Sequence record: MW373745.1
DNA: 64,000 nt
Reading direction: 5' to 3' (one strand)
The number at the start of each line of letters is the position of its first letter. The stretch's first letter is position 1. Below, in pieces: positions 40,194 through 50,255 of the stretch. The notes below the pieces were generated by a model, which saw only the letters and a list, made by a program, of their open reading frames with translations, made no database searches and was not told the DNA's origin. A program made the translations under genes and the position numbers.

Positions 40194-40255
40194 ATGAACC
40201 TTTTATATTATTTATGTCGTTTTAGAGTTTAAGTTTATATTAAGTTTCAGATATA

Positions 40256-40435
40256 NNNNNNNNNNNNNNNNNNNNNNNNNNNNNNNNNNNNNNNNNNNNN
40301 NNNNNNNNNNNNNNNNNNNNNNNNNNNNNNNNNNNNNNNNNNNNNNNNNNNNNNNTGCTAGGATATATAGCATTGTTATATACTACTAAAAAGCCAAGCA
40401 TTTTTTATACTTTTTAATATTAGTTTAAGATTTAA
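40256..40435 (-). repeat. Assembly gap plus reverse-orientation copy of the ~85-bp repeat unit
   Basis: N run 40256-40355; 40356-40435 is the reverse complement of the unit at 42.3 kb. Confidence 0.85.
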
Positions 40436-40479
40436 TTATGATAGCTGTATTAGTATATAAATAAACTAAAAGAGGAACT

Positions 40480-40842
40480 ATGCAAAAATATGTAGCTATT
40501 GCTTTCATTATTGTTGCTATGCTAGGATATATAGGATGGCTTAAATATGATAATGCTCAATTACAAACAACTATTTCGAGCTTAGAAGCCAAAAACAAAG
40601 GTTTAGAAACTTCTCTAAATATCCAGGTTAATTTAAATAAAATACAAGACCAAAAGAATCGAGAACTTGTTAACAACATTAAAGAACTTGAAAATAAACC
40701 TATTAAAACTGAAACAAAATATGTAACAGTCAAGGATTGTAAAGTTCAAATATCTAAAGTAGACACCAATATTACCTCAGCTAAAGGTATACCTTTATTT
40801 TTAGGAAATATAGGTAAAACTCAAATATCTAACCAAAAATAA
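40480..40842 (+). CDS. Inner-membrane spanin (Rz-like)
   Basis: N-terminal TM helix, coiled coil, C-terminal Cys; followed by a lipoprotein gene. Confidence 0.7.
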   Translation: MQKYVAIAFIIVAMLGYIGWLKYDNAQLQTTISSLEAKNKGLETSLNIQVNLNKIQDQKNRELVNNIKELENKPIKTETKYVTVKDCKVQISKVDTNITSAKGIPLFLGNIGKTQISNQK

Positions 40843-40851
40843 GGAATCTTT

Positions 40852-41130
40852 ATGAAGTTTAAAAAGTTTTTATTGGCCTTAATACCTTTTATTTTTATAG
40901 GCTGTACCACTGTTAGAACTGAGTTTGTATACCCAAAAATACCGGATATTAAAGAACCGCCTATAACACAAGATTATAATCTAACTGTAATAAAAATAAA
41001 TAACATAGAATATTATTCGTTGAGTGCTGAAGATGCTAAGATTTTGTCAGAGAACTGGATCAAGTTTAAATCCTGGGCTGAGACGAATTATGAATTATTA
41101 AAAATAATTAAAAATAAGGACTTAAAATGA
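40852..41130 (+). CDS. Outer-membrane spanin lipoprotein (Rz1-like)
   Basis: Signal peptide with lipobox FIGC; Pro-rich mature region. Confidence 0.75.
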   Translation: MKFKKFLLALIPFIFIGCTTVRTEFVYPKIPDIKEPPITQDYNLTVIKINNIEYYSLSAEDAKILSENWIKFKSWAETNYELLKIIKNKDLK

Positions 41131-41855
41131 GTTTCAAAGACACATTATTAAACCTAGTTTATGAGAATTCTAGCTGTGAAGTGCTGGATTATAAAGACCC
41201 TGAAATCAAAGAAACTGATTCTGGTGATATAGATACAACACCTACCACTAAAGCAGATATTGTTAAACGCAAAGATTCTAAAATCGATGAAGATGATTCT
41301 GGCGATGATTCAGAGCTTGAACCACTATCAAAGGAAGAATTCGACGATATAATTAATTCTTTAGATCCAGATACGATTGCATTAATTATAAGTATTCTTA
41401 ACGATAATGGATATATAGTTGCTTCCAAAGAAGAAATTTTATCAGCAGAAGATTTTGAAGATATTGGCTATCTTGTTTTAGAAGTTCTCGAAGAAATTTC
41501 TGAGTATGAAGCTAACAATTATGAACAATATGGTGCAACTCCAGTAGATGAATCATTTGATGATGCTGAAGTTCTTAAAGAAGCTGCTATGATTTTAGAA
41601 GCTAATGATTTAAGTGATTTAAGTGAACAATTAGTAGATATTGCACATACTAAACAATTAAGACGTGATAGAAAAAGATCAGCTTGGAAAAGATCAGCAG
41701 TTTTAAGAGCAAGATTTAGAAAAACTGGTGAAGGTAGAAGAGAACGCAAAAAAGCGCTTAAATACCTTAAAAAATATAGAAGACAACATAAAGCTCGTAT
41801 GAAGAGATATTCACAAAAATATACACAAGTTTGGAAAGGTAATACTAAAAACTAA
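41127..41855 (+). CDS. Hypothetical protein, possible prohead core component
   Basis: Very acidic N-terminal part, Arg/Lys-rich C-terminus, MSFKD..L..E leader. Confidence 0.45.
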   Translation: MSFKDTLLNLVYENSSCEVLDYKDPEIKETDSGDIDTTPTTKADIVKRKDSKIDEDDSGDDSELEPLSKEEFDDIINSLDPDTIALIISILNDNGYIVASKEEILSAEDFEDIGYLVLEVLEEISEYEANNYEQYGATPVDESFDDAEVLKEAAMILEANDLSDLSEQLVDIAHTKQLRRDRKRSAWKRSAVLRARFRKTGEGRRERKKALKYLKKYRRQHKARMKRYSQKYTQVWKGNTKN

Positions 41856-42133
41856 TGATATTTTGTGAAGATTTAGAACCAATATATGAGGTGGTAAAAA
41901 AGCTACCTCTTTATAAACAGAGAGCTAAGGAAGAAGTGTTTTTAGGTATTTTAAAATCAAAATCTAAGAAATGGGTCGGATGGAAATACCTAAAAGAACT
42001 TAAAAAAGATAAAAGCTTTGACGACAGCGCTATTTTTATTGAGCTTTATGAGCTTGCATTAAATTACTACTGGATTAAATCTCAAAACGACTCTATCAAA
42101 TACGATAACTTAATAAAAAACTATAAATTTTAA
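41855..42133 (+). CDS. Hypothetical protein
   Basis: Stop/start overlap with the upstream gene. Confidence 0.6.
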   Translation: MIFCEDLEPIYEVVKKLPLYKQRAKEEVFLGILKSKSKKWVGWKYLKELKKDKSFDDSAIFIELYELALNYYWIKSQNDSIKYDNLIKNYKF

Positions 42134-42255
42134 ATTTATTAATATTCTAATTTAATATTAAAGAGTTTGAAATTTTTTAAAAAATTTTACCCTTTAATAT
42201 GATATTATAATATAAAAAACTTTTTTAAAAATTTTTAGTAGTTTTATTGGTACTT

Positions 42256-42550
42256 AAAAAATGCTTGGCTTTTTAGTAGTATATAACAATGCTATATATC
42301 CTAGTACATGCTTAAATCTTAAACTAATATTAAAAAGTATAAAAAATGCTTGGCTTTTTAGTAGTATATACTATAGTATCATNNNNNNNNNNNNNNNNNN
42401 NNNNNNNNNNNNNNNNNNNNNNNNNNNNNNNNNNNNNNNNNNNNNNNNNNNNNNNNNNNNNNNNNNNNNNNNNNNNNNNNNNTATATCTAAAACTTAAAG
42501 CAATATTAAAAAGTATAAAAAATGCTTGGCTTTTTAGTATATACTATAAT
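42256..42550 (+). repeat. Tandem ~85-bp repeat array containing an assembly gap
   Basis: Core aaaaaatgcttggctttttagta at 42256, 42341 and ~42517; N run 42383-42482. Confidence 0.85.
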
Positions 42551-42630
42551 ACTAAAAACTCACTAAAAATTAATAACATTTTAAGTTTTAATTTTATATA
42601 ATAACAATATTTCAAATCAAAAGGATTTAT

Positions 42631-43290
42631 ATGAAAGATACAGTTTTAAGCCTAAGTGGTGGTTTAGACTCAAGTGCTTTACTATTTGAGTTTAAAGATC
42701 GTATTAAGATTGCTGTAAGTTTTAAATACGGTTCAAATCATCAAGAAAAAGAACTAGCAGCTGCTAAAAAAGTCTTGGATGAAGTAAATAAATTAGGTGC
42801 TGAAATCGAACATAGAATAATCGATTTAACAGAAGCTTTTGGAACTTTTAAAAGTGCTTTATTAAGCGGTTCTAAAGCAGTTCCCGAAGCTGGTTCAACT
42901 GAAGTTTCAAATGTAATTGTTCCGTTTAGAAATGGTATATTCTTAAGTATCTTAACGGGTATAGCAGAATCAGAAGATTGTAGATTTATTGCTATAGCAA
43001 ACCACAGTGGTGATTCTAACGTATTTCCAGATTGTAGATATGATTTTATCGATGCTATGTTTAAAGCCATTGGTTCAGGAACCGAAGACAGAGTTCAGGT
43101 ATTCGCACCGTATACAAATATTACAAAAACTGATTTGACAATCCGTGGTATATCTAATGGTTTAAACCCAGATTGGACTTACAGCTGCTATAAAGGTGGT
43201 AATAAACCTTGTAATGAATGTTCTGCTTGTGTTGATCGTAACAAAGCAGTTCAAGAAGCCGCAACAGTTCTAAAACATTTTAGTTCTTAA
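42631..43290 (+). CDS. queC: 7-cyano-7-deazaguanine synthase
   Basis: SGGLDS, VPFRNGIFLS, FPDCR and TYSCY..PC..C..C zinc site. Confidence 0.9.
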   Translation: MKDTVLSLSGGLDSSALLFEFKDRIKIAVSFKYGSNHQEKELAAAKKVLDEVNKLGAEIEHRIIDLTEAFGTFKSALLSGSKAVPEAGSTEVSNVIVPFRNGIFLSILTGIAESEDCRFIAIANHSGDSNVFPDCRYDFIDAMFKAIGSGTEDRVQVFAPYTNITKTDLTIRGISNGLNPDWTYSCYKGGNKPCNECSACVDRNKAVQEAATVLKHFSS

Positions 43291-43336
43291 TTTATAGACT
43301 ATTAAGTTTTAATATATTATAATATTCTAATCGTTT

Positions 43337-43389
43337 ACACTAAAGTGTAAAGCAACAACACTTTAGTGTTAATTTTAGAACTTTAGTGT
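43337..43389. promoter_or_regulatory. Two full and one partial ACACTWWAGTGT palindromes upstream of the polymerase
   Basis: 43337-43348, 43358-43369 and partial 43378-43389; 20-21-bp period. Confidence 0.6.
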
Positions 43390-43420
43390 AAGTCACTAAA
43401 ATTAGAACCAAAGGAGAAAT

Positions 43421-45628
43421 ATGAAACTATTCGAAGCTTGCTTCAATTTAGGTAATTTTGAAACTTATGAAAGATTCTATAATACAGAAACTAATAAGTC
43501 TGAAATTCAAAAAGTCTTTCTTAAGAATCAAGTTTTTATTGAGGATCCTAAAGGAGAATATACATTTTTATTAGATCCAAATATTAAACTAACAAAAGTT
43601 CAAGCTAATCAAGCTAAAGATTTAGAAACTTATGGTAAGACTAATATTGCTGCTGAACATATTAGGCAGAACTATTGGAAACTCAATGATTCAAAATATA
43701 ATAAAAATATAAGTATTTTTTATCTGGATATAGAAACTACGGCACACTCACCTATTGACACCGAAGCTTGTAGAGAAAGAATAGTTTCAATTCAAGTATA
43801 TCATAACTTAACGAATACAAATTATATTTTTACAAATGAGTTCTTTGACACCGAAGCTCATACTAAAGATTCTAAATATATTTTCGATGATAGGACTTAT
43901 GATTTTAAACTTAAATACTATCAAGTAGAAGGTGAACATAATTTATTAATTGCTTTATTTAAACTTATAGAAGCTTTAAAACCTTTATTAGTATTAGCTC
44001 ACAATGGTGAAGGTTTTGACTTTGCTTATCTTTGGAGAAGAACTGAAAAGTTAGGTTTAACTGAAGGATTTAGTCCATTTGGAAAATCTGAATTTCAAAT
44101 AAATGAATTAGATAATGGAACTAAAAAATACAGTATAAAAGCGCCCGGTGTTTTCTATATGGATACTATAGATATCTATAAGAAGTTTAGACTTAAACCG
44201 AGAGAATCTTATTCATTAGATTATATTGCAGAAGTTGAATTAGGTGAAAGAAAAGTTAATCACGATTGTTTTAAAACTTTTGATGGTTTTAGAACCGGTG
44301 AAGGATTTATTAGACCAGAAGTTGAACCTAGCAAAGAATCTATTTTAGAATATAAACTTTATAATGCTAAAGATTCTGAAGAAATAAAAAGAATTTCTAA
44401 AGAATATTTTATTCATTATAGTATTATAGATACATACTTATTATATAGAATAGATAATGCAATTAAATTATCTGATATTATGATTAGTATTGCTTCTATT
44501 ATGGGTATTCAATTACCTCAAACACTTGGAACAACAACTCCTTGGAGTACATTTATCCGAAATTATGCAATGCAAGATAAAATAGTATTACCAAATCCAA
44601 GTGAATTTAGTGGTGATGTAGAATTTAAAGGGGGCTTTGTAGCTGAACCATTAATTGGTAGATATGATTGGGTTTTTTCAGCGGACGTTACCAGTATGTA
44701 TCCTAGTCAAATTATGGCATTTAATTTAAGTTCTGAAACATTTATACCATTTTATAAATTGCCAAATGATTTACAAGAAGCTATAAATGAATTAGATCTT
44801 AATGAAGATGAACAATATCATATTAATAATTATTATAAAAATCCCGAAGCTTATAAAAAATACACGGATTTACTTATAAAGTATAATTATTGCGGATCAT
44901 TAACTGGATCTGTGTATGATAAATCTAAAAAAGGTATTCTACCAATATTAACAGAATTAGTTTTCAATCTTAGAAAAGCAGCTAAAAAAGAAATGTTAAA
45001 ATATGAGCAAATGGCTGAAGATGCTAAAGAACCTGAATTAATACAAAAATACCAAGCATTAGCAACTGAATTGGATGTCAATCAATTGACATTTAAGATT
45101 TTAATTAACTCATTATATGGAGCTTGTGGAAATAAACATTTTATTCTATATAATAAAGAAATCGCTAAAGCTATCACAGGAAATTCAAGATTTTATATAA
45201 ATCTTATGAGTAAAAATATCAATAATTTTTTGTGCGATTTATGTGGTTCTGGAAATTATATAATTTATAATGATACTGACTCCGTTGTTGGGGATTCAAT
45301 TATTAAAGTAAATGGTAAAAATATTAAAATAGAAGATTTTTATGATTCTATAAAAGTTGATCCTATTGTTACAAAATCTGGTAATAATGTAAAATTAGTA
45401 GATAATTGTTTTACAGATTCTGTAAATAAAAACTTACAAATTGAAACTAAAAAAATTAATTATATAATGAAACATAAAGTTAAGAAGGAATTTTTTAAAA
45501 TAAAAGTCAATAATAAAGAAGTGGTCGTAACCGAAGATCATAGCATTATGGTTTTAAGAAATTCTGAATTAATTGAGGTTAAACCAAGAGATATTAAAAC
45601 AGGAGACTTAATAATATTAAATGACTGA
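43421..45628 (+). CDS. Family B DNA polymerase N-fragment fused to split intein IntN (45281-45625, 115 aa)
   Basis: DIET exonuclease, DVTSMYPS motif A, KILINSLYG motif B, YNDTD followed by SVVGDS...TEDHS intein; T4 gp43-like. Confidence 0.95.
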   Translation: MKLFEACFNLGNFETYERFYNTETNKSEIQKVFLKNQVFIEDPKGEYTFLLDPNIKLTKVQANQAKDLETYGKTNIAAEHIRQNYWKLNDSKYNKNISIFYLDIETTAHSPIDTEACRERIVSIQVYHNLTNTNYIFTNEFFDTEAHTKDSKYIFDDRTYDFKLKYYQVEGEHNLLIALFKLIEALKPLLVLAHNGEGFDFAYLWRRTEKLGLTEGFSPFGKSEFQINELDNGTKKYSIKAPGVFYMDTIDIYKKFRLKPRESYSLDYIAEVELGERKVNHDCFKTFDGFRTGEGFIRPEVEPSKESILEYKLYNAKDSEEIKRISKEYFIHYSIIDTYLLYRIDNAIKLSDIMISIASIMGIQLPQTLGTTTPWSTFIRNYAMQDKIVLPNPSEFSGDVEFKGGFVAEPLIGRYDWVFSADVTSMYPSQIMAFNLSSETFIPFYKLPNDLQEAINELDLNEDEQYHINNYYKNPEAYKKYTDLLIKYNYCGSLTGSVYDKSKKGILPILTELVFNLRKAAKKEMLKYEQMAEDAKEPELIQKYQALATELDVNQLTFKILINSLYGACGNKHFILYNKEIAKAITGNSRFYINLMSKNINNFLCDLCGSGNYIIYNDTDSVVGDSIIKVNGKNIKIEDFYDSIKVDPIVTKSGNNVKLVDNCFTDSVNKNLQIETKKINYIMKHKVKKEFFKIKVNNKEVVVTEDHSIMVLRNSELIEVKPRDIKTGDLIILND

Positions 45629-46623
45629 ATCATATTTTAACGATTTCAAACAATTTTTAAAATCTGAAGTTAAAAATGGTAAATTGCCTTATACAACTAT
45701 GTACAAATATTTACTCACGTTTAGCGAATACAGACCTAAAAATTTATACGCGCGATACCGACGTTTACGCAAATACACTAAGGGTGTTATAACGAAATAT
45801 AAATGTTTGCTGCTATACGGTAAAACCGGAGCGCTAAAAAAAATGGACAAGTTATTGTAATAGACAAGCATATACAAATACAAAAGAATATAAAATGAAT
45901 GTGCTGGGTATGAGTGATTATGAAGTAGATTGTTATAATCAATCCAGAGCGGTGACTAAGAAAAATTTAATAATGCGTTACGGTGAAGACCTAGGTAATA
46001 AAAAATGGGAGGATTATAGACATAGACAGGCATACACAAATACAAAAGAATACTTTGTTGAAAAATATGGTGAAATTGTAGGCGAACAGAAATATTATAA
46101 CATCAACGCAAGTAAAGCAATCACTCGTGAAAATCTTATTAAAAAATATGGTGAATACCTAGGTAATGAAAAGTGGCTTAATTTTTTAAATAACAAAAAG
46201 TGTATAGGTTATTCAAAAATGGCTACAAAATTATTTGAAGAATTGGAATCCAAATTAGGAAATAATTATACTTTTTATTATGAACCAAAAACAAGAGAAA
46301 TAGTATTAAATTCTAACGGAACTCCGTATTTTTATGATTGTTATATCAAAGAATTAAAATTAATAATAGAATTTAATGGTGATGTATTTCACGCAAATCC
46401 TAAAATATTTAATAGCCACGACAATCCCAATCCATTTGACAAGACATTGACTACTGAGGAAATATGAGAAGCAGATAATAGAAAAATTAATCACGCTTTA
46501 GATAATGGCTATAAAATTATAATAATTTGGGAAAACGAACTTAGAATTAATACAAATTTAAGTAATATTATTATAGAATATATAAAATCGAATAATTTAT
46601 TAGATTTAAAGGAGTTTATTTGA
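45621..46623 (+). pseudogene. Vsr/DUF559-like homing endonuclease disrupted by a frameshift (A8, ~45836-45843) and a TGA (46465-46467)
   Basis: KW..Y..RQAYTNTKEY repeats continue across the frameshift; YDCY..IIEFNGDVFH then EEI*EADNRKI..ALDNGYKIIIIWE in frame to 46623. Confidence 0.75.
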
Positions 46624-47525
46624 TAGTAACTGAAAATTTCCAAGTAGAATCTTTAGGTATCCAAGAATTAGATGTCTATGATATTGAAGTAGATTCTAAT
46701 CATAATTTTTTTGCTAATGATATATTAGTTCATAACAGTTGTTATGTTCAAGTACCTAATATTATAAACGAAAAATTACCAAAAGACCCACAATTAGCAA
46801 CAGATATAATTGATAAATTTATAGAAACTAAAATACAACCGGTAATTAACACAAGCTCACAAGAATTAGGGTCTATTTTTAATGCTTTAGATGCTTCAAG
46901 AATTTCTGCAAAGCGTGAAGCGATTGCAAGCTCTGCTGTGTTTGTAGCAAAGAAAAGATATTTTATGAAAGTTATAGATTCTGAAGGTGTTAGGTTCAGT
47001 GAACCTTATCTTAAAACAATGGGTATCGATATTGTCAGATCCAGTACACCAGCATTTTCTAAAAAATATCTTAAAAAATCCGTCAATATTATATTAGAAA
47101 GTACAGAAGAAGAACTTAAAGAATGGTTAAAAAATATTAGATCATTATACCTGGGTCAAAATCTAATGGATATTGCTAAGATATCTTCGGTCAGTTCTAG
47201 CAAATATAAACTTGGTGTGGATAAATCCATACCGATTAATTCAAGAGCTTTCTTGGTATCAAATCATTATATAAATAGTCTAAATACAGGTGAGTTTCAA
47301 CCATTAGAATTAGGCGAAAAGGTTCGTATGCTATATCTTAGAGAACCTAACCCATTAAAATCTAACATTTTTGCTTTTAATAATGAAAAATTTGCAAATG
47401 TATTTAAAGATTATATAGATTGGGATACTAATTTTAATAAGTTCTTTTTAAAACCACTTGAAATAATGACAGACCCACTTAATTATAATTTACATAAAGA
47501 AACTGAAACTTTGGAGGAATGGTAA
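46620..47525 (+). CDS. Split intein IntC (39 aa, 46620-46736) fused to DNA polymerase C-fragment
   Basis: VYDIEV..NHNFFAN.ILVHN followed by SCY; AKKRY and MGIDIVRSSTP PolB motifs; AAGGAG RBS, TTG start. Confidence 0.95.
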   Translation: MIVTENFQVESLGIQELDVYDIEVDSNHNFFANDILVHNSCYVQVPNIINEKLPKDPQLATDIIDKFIETKIQPVINTSSQELGSIFNALDASRISAKREAIASSAVFVAKKRYFMKVIDSEGVRFSEPYLKTMGIDIVRSSTPAFSKKYLKKSVNIILESTEEELKEWLKNIRSLYLGQNLMDIAKISSVSSSKYKLGVDKSIPINSRAFLVSNHYINSLNTGEFQPLELGEKVRMLYLREPNPLKSNIFAFNNEKFANVFKDYIDWDTNFNKFFLKPLEIMTDPLNYNLHKETETLEEW

Positions 47526-47755
47526 TGGATATACTCGGTGTTTACAATTATATTAAATCTTATATTTTAAAAGGATACAATTATTTAAAAAGTAATTATT
47601 CTTTTATTACTATAATGATATTATTATTTGGCACTATTTGGTTAGCTTATAATTTATTATTTGCTGTAATTTTTATTGTTTTCTTTTTAATAGGTTCGTT
47701 TGTTTTATTTGCATATCTTGATTCTGCAATAGACGACATTAATTTTAAAAAATAA
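47519..47755 (+). CDS. Small membrane protein
   Basis: Hydrophobic C-terminal half; GAGG RBS. Confidence 0.6.
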   Translation: MVMDILGVYNYIKSYILKGYNYLKSNYSFITIMILLFGTIWLAYNLLFAVIFIVFFLIGSFVLFAYLDSAIDDINFKK

Positions 47756-48534
47756 TGATTAATAGGGCTGTTATAACTAGGTGTTTCAAATATAATGGCT
47801 CTATGTTCGATGCTTTTGAATATTTTTATAGACTTTGGGAATTAGATCCTGATACTAAATTTGTTTCATTGTACAGTCATATCAATAAAGATTTTTTAAG
47901 CATTAAATACAACGTAGATCCAAAATGTTTTGATAATTTTATATATAAAGATCCATATGATTTAGAATTTAACAAAGTTTTATTATTCGATACTCACGAT
48001 TTCTATAATATAAATCACCCAAAATCCCTTAAATTAAATAAGTTATATGTAATCGCTAACAGCACCATAGGGTTCAAAGAAAATACTGAATATTTTGATG
48101 AATATTTTTTAAATAAAAATTATATTAATAAAATATATTATCAGATTCACAGAATATTTAATCATTTAGATAATGTATATGTTAATTGTATGGATAATTG
48201 CTGCAAGAGTTATTTAAATATTCTTAAAATGTATCCGAAAGCAATTATCAAAGATCCTAAAAATAATTTTCAACATTACACAATGACTAAGAATTTTATA
48301 CCGGATATTTACAAGTATTTTAATAAGTACATATATGTTAAAACTGGTAGAACTTATGATAGACACCCAAGACAATTTACAGAATGTGCTTACCAAGGCA
48401 TTGATTGTGAATATATTTCTGAAGGTTCTAAATTCACAAAAAATGATAATTCATATTATAGATTCGAAGATAGATATGATTTTGATAAGAGATCTATATA
48501 CAACGATATAGTTATATCTAAAATGCTCGATTAA
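47755..48534 (+). CDS. Hypothetical protein, possible glycosyltransferase-like; paralog of 12368-13156
   Basis: GSMFDAFEYFY and PRQFTECAYQG. Confidence 0.5.
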   Translation: MINRAVITRCFKYNGSMFDAFEYFYRLWELDPDTKFVSLYSHINKDFLSIKYNVDPKCFDNFIYKDPYDLEFNKVLLFDTHDFYNINHPKSLKLNKLYVIANSTIGFKENTEYFDEYFLNKNYINKIYYQIHRIFNHLDNVYVNCMDNCCKSYLNILKMYPKAIIKDPKNNFQHYTMTKNFIPDIYKYFNKYIYVKTGRTYDRHPRQFTECAYQGIDCEYISEGSKFTKNDNSYYRFEDRYDFDKRSIYNDIVISKMLD

Positions 48535-48565
48535 TACCAAAAATAAATAAGTTAAAAGGTTTATA

Positions 48566-49165
48566 ATGAGATTCTTAGAATATTATAGATTAAAAGAAGC
48601 TGAAGAATTTAGTAGAAATGACATTAAAACCATCGTTAAACAATACAATAAAGTATTCACAAGAATCTTGAATGCAAAATTCTATTTAGTTAATGAGGTT
48701 GAACATTGTACTTCAAATGGTTCAAAATTAATAGGTATTAGATTTGCCAGTGCTGATGGCTATATGATAAGATTTAATTACACTACAAAAAACGCTAAAC
48801 AAATTCAGAAAATTAACAAAGCTACTAAAGAATTTCACGTTGAAAGTATAGATTTTTGGAATCCAATAACTGGACATTTAAATAAACCAAGTATCAGAGT
48901 TTCTGTGATTTCGAGTTTATCTCTCAAATATTTTATAGAAGACATTACAACTTCTATTAAAAAGAATCTTTTAGGAACTTTTTATTATAAAGATCTTAAA
49001 TTTACAGACGATATAAAATCAGAAAAATATGTGATTAACCCAGATGAAATCATATTCATTAATACTAAAGGATTTAAAGAATCCAATGATTTTACATTAA
49101 ATTCACAAGATCCTAATATTCAACTTATACTTAATAACATCAAAGAAGTTTATGGAGAAGCTTGA
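48566..49165 (+). CDS. Hypothetical protein
   Basis: MRFLEY..LKEA leader; overlaps the neck gene. Confidence 0.6.
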   Translation: MRFLEYYRLKEAEEFSRNDIKTIVKQYNKVFTRILNAKFYLVNEVEHCTSNGSKLIGIRFASADGYMIRFNYTTKNAKQIQKINKATKEFHVESIDFWNPITGHLNKPSIRVSVISSLSLKYFIEDITTSIKKNLLGTFYYKDLKFTDDIKSEKYVINPDEIIFINTKGFKESNDFTLNSQDPNIQLILNNIKEVYGEA

Positions 49166-49872
49166 TGAAAAGAATCTTAACCTTATCAGATCTTAGGCAA
49201 TATATCAAGGAAGAACTCGGATATCCACAATTACAAGTTGAACTTACAGATAATCAATTAGACCACTGTATTGAAAAAACAGTTCAAATGTTTTGTAATG
49301 TTGCATATGATGGAGAATTAACAAGATATATAAAATTTGAATGTCAGGGCCAAGGCAATTATTTTGTAGATCCTGAAGTTGAAGAAATATTACAAATATG
49401 CCAAAGTGGTATTTTTGTAGGTTCTGATTTAAATGGATTAATAGATCAAAATCTATCTAATTATATACTATCTACTTCTGGTGTTGCTTTAAGTTACTTA
49501 GTTACTTTAAGTTCTACAAGATCCTTAGTCGACAAATACTTTGGTCAACGTATTAATTTCGAGTTTAACTCTCATAAGGGATTATTATCAATATATCAAA
49601 ATTACCACGGGCCTTTGTTAATTGAAGCTAAATGTAAATACATACCAGATGAACACGATAAAATATATGACCAAGAATGGGTCAAAGCAATGTCTGTGGC
49701 TCAAGCCAGATTGATGCAAAGTGTAGTCTTAGGAAAATATTCAGCACCTTTAATTAATGGTTCGCAAGTTAATTATAGTGATATTAGACAATTAGCCCAA
49801 GATGAAATACAAAGATTAAACGAGGAACTTTCCAATAAATTTACAGAACCTGCTGTATTTATCGTTGGCTAA
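49162..49872 (+). CDS. Neck protein, T4 gp13-like
   Basis: YIKEELGYP.LQVELTDNQLDHCI; C-terminal W....A..Q...LGKY..ING. Confidence 0.8.
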   Translation: MMKRILTLSDLRQYIKEELGYPQLQVELTDNQLDHCIEKTVQMFCNVAYDGELTRYIKFECQGQGNYFVDPEVEEILQICQSGIFVGSDLNGLIDQNLSNYILSTSGVALSYLVTLSSTRSLVDKYFGQRINFEFNSHKGLLSIYQNYHGPLLIEAKCKYIPDEHDKIYDQEWVKAMSVAQARLMQSVVLGKYSAPLINGSQVNYSDIRQLAQDEIQRLNEELSNKFTEPAVFIVG

Positions 49873-49934
49873 ATAATTTTATATTTAAGGAACTCTTAAG
49901 ATATTTTATATTATAATTATCAAAAGGAGATAAT

Positions 49935-50255
49935 ATGAGAGTTTCTAAATACAAAATGTTGAGTTCCTTAAAAGACTCAGAATACAACTTAGTTTTAACA
50001 AATTACAAATACCCACAATCTAAAATAGATTTAGAAGAATTTAACGAGTTTGGAGAACGCTTCTTAAAAGATAATGCAATTATCGATGTTAAAAAACTCA
50101 AAGATCCTGAATTAAATCTTAGATATGATTATGTTTTAATACTTAGAACAAAACTTACTGATACTGCTTTAGAAATTATAAAAGAAGCTTATCCTATGCT
50201 AAAAACTATTGACGAATATAAAGCTTCATTAACAGGAGATTTTAATGAATTATGA
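49935..50255 (+). CDS. Hypothetical protein
   Basis: AAGGAG RBS. Confidence 0.65.
   Translation: MRVSKYKMLSSLKDSEYNLVLTNYKYPQSKIDLEEFNEFGERFLKDNAIIDVKKLKDPELNLRYDYVLILRTKLTDTALEIIKEAYPMLKTIDEYKASLTGDFNEL

Noticed and set aside
40520-40534. 15-nt match (tgctaggatatatag) between the spanin gene and the adjacent repeat unit, suggesting a guide/target relation
   Set aside because: Short, AT-rich, next to an assembly gap, and only 13 nt match in the other copy; chance or local assembly effects suffice
42261-42491. ORF spanning the N gap
   Set aside because: Artefact of repeat sequence and placeholder Ns
42256-42550. Repeat array as a CRISPR or mini-CRISPR array
   Set aside because: The constant part (~45-60 bp) is too long, the variable parts are related to each other, no cas genes are present, and most of the array is hidden by Ns
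46465-46467. Genome-wide TGA=Trp recoding
   Set aside because: Many clearly complete genes end in TGA (for example 920, 3326, 45628); this is an isolated in-frame stop
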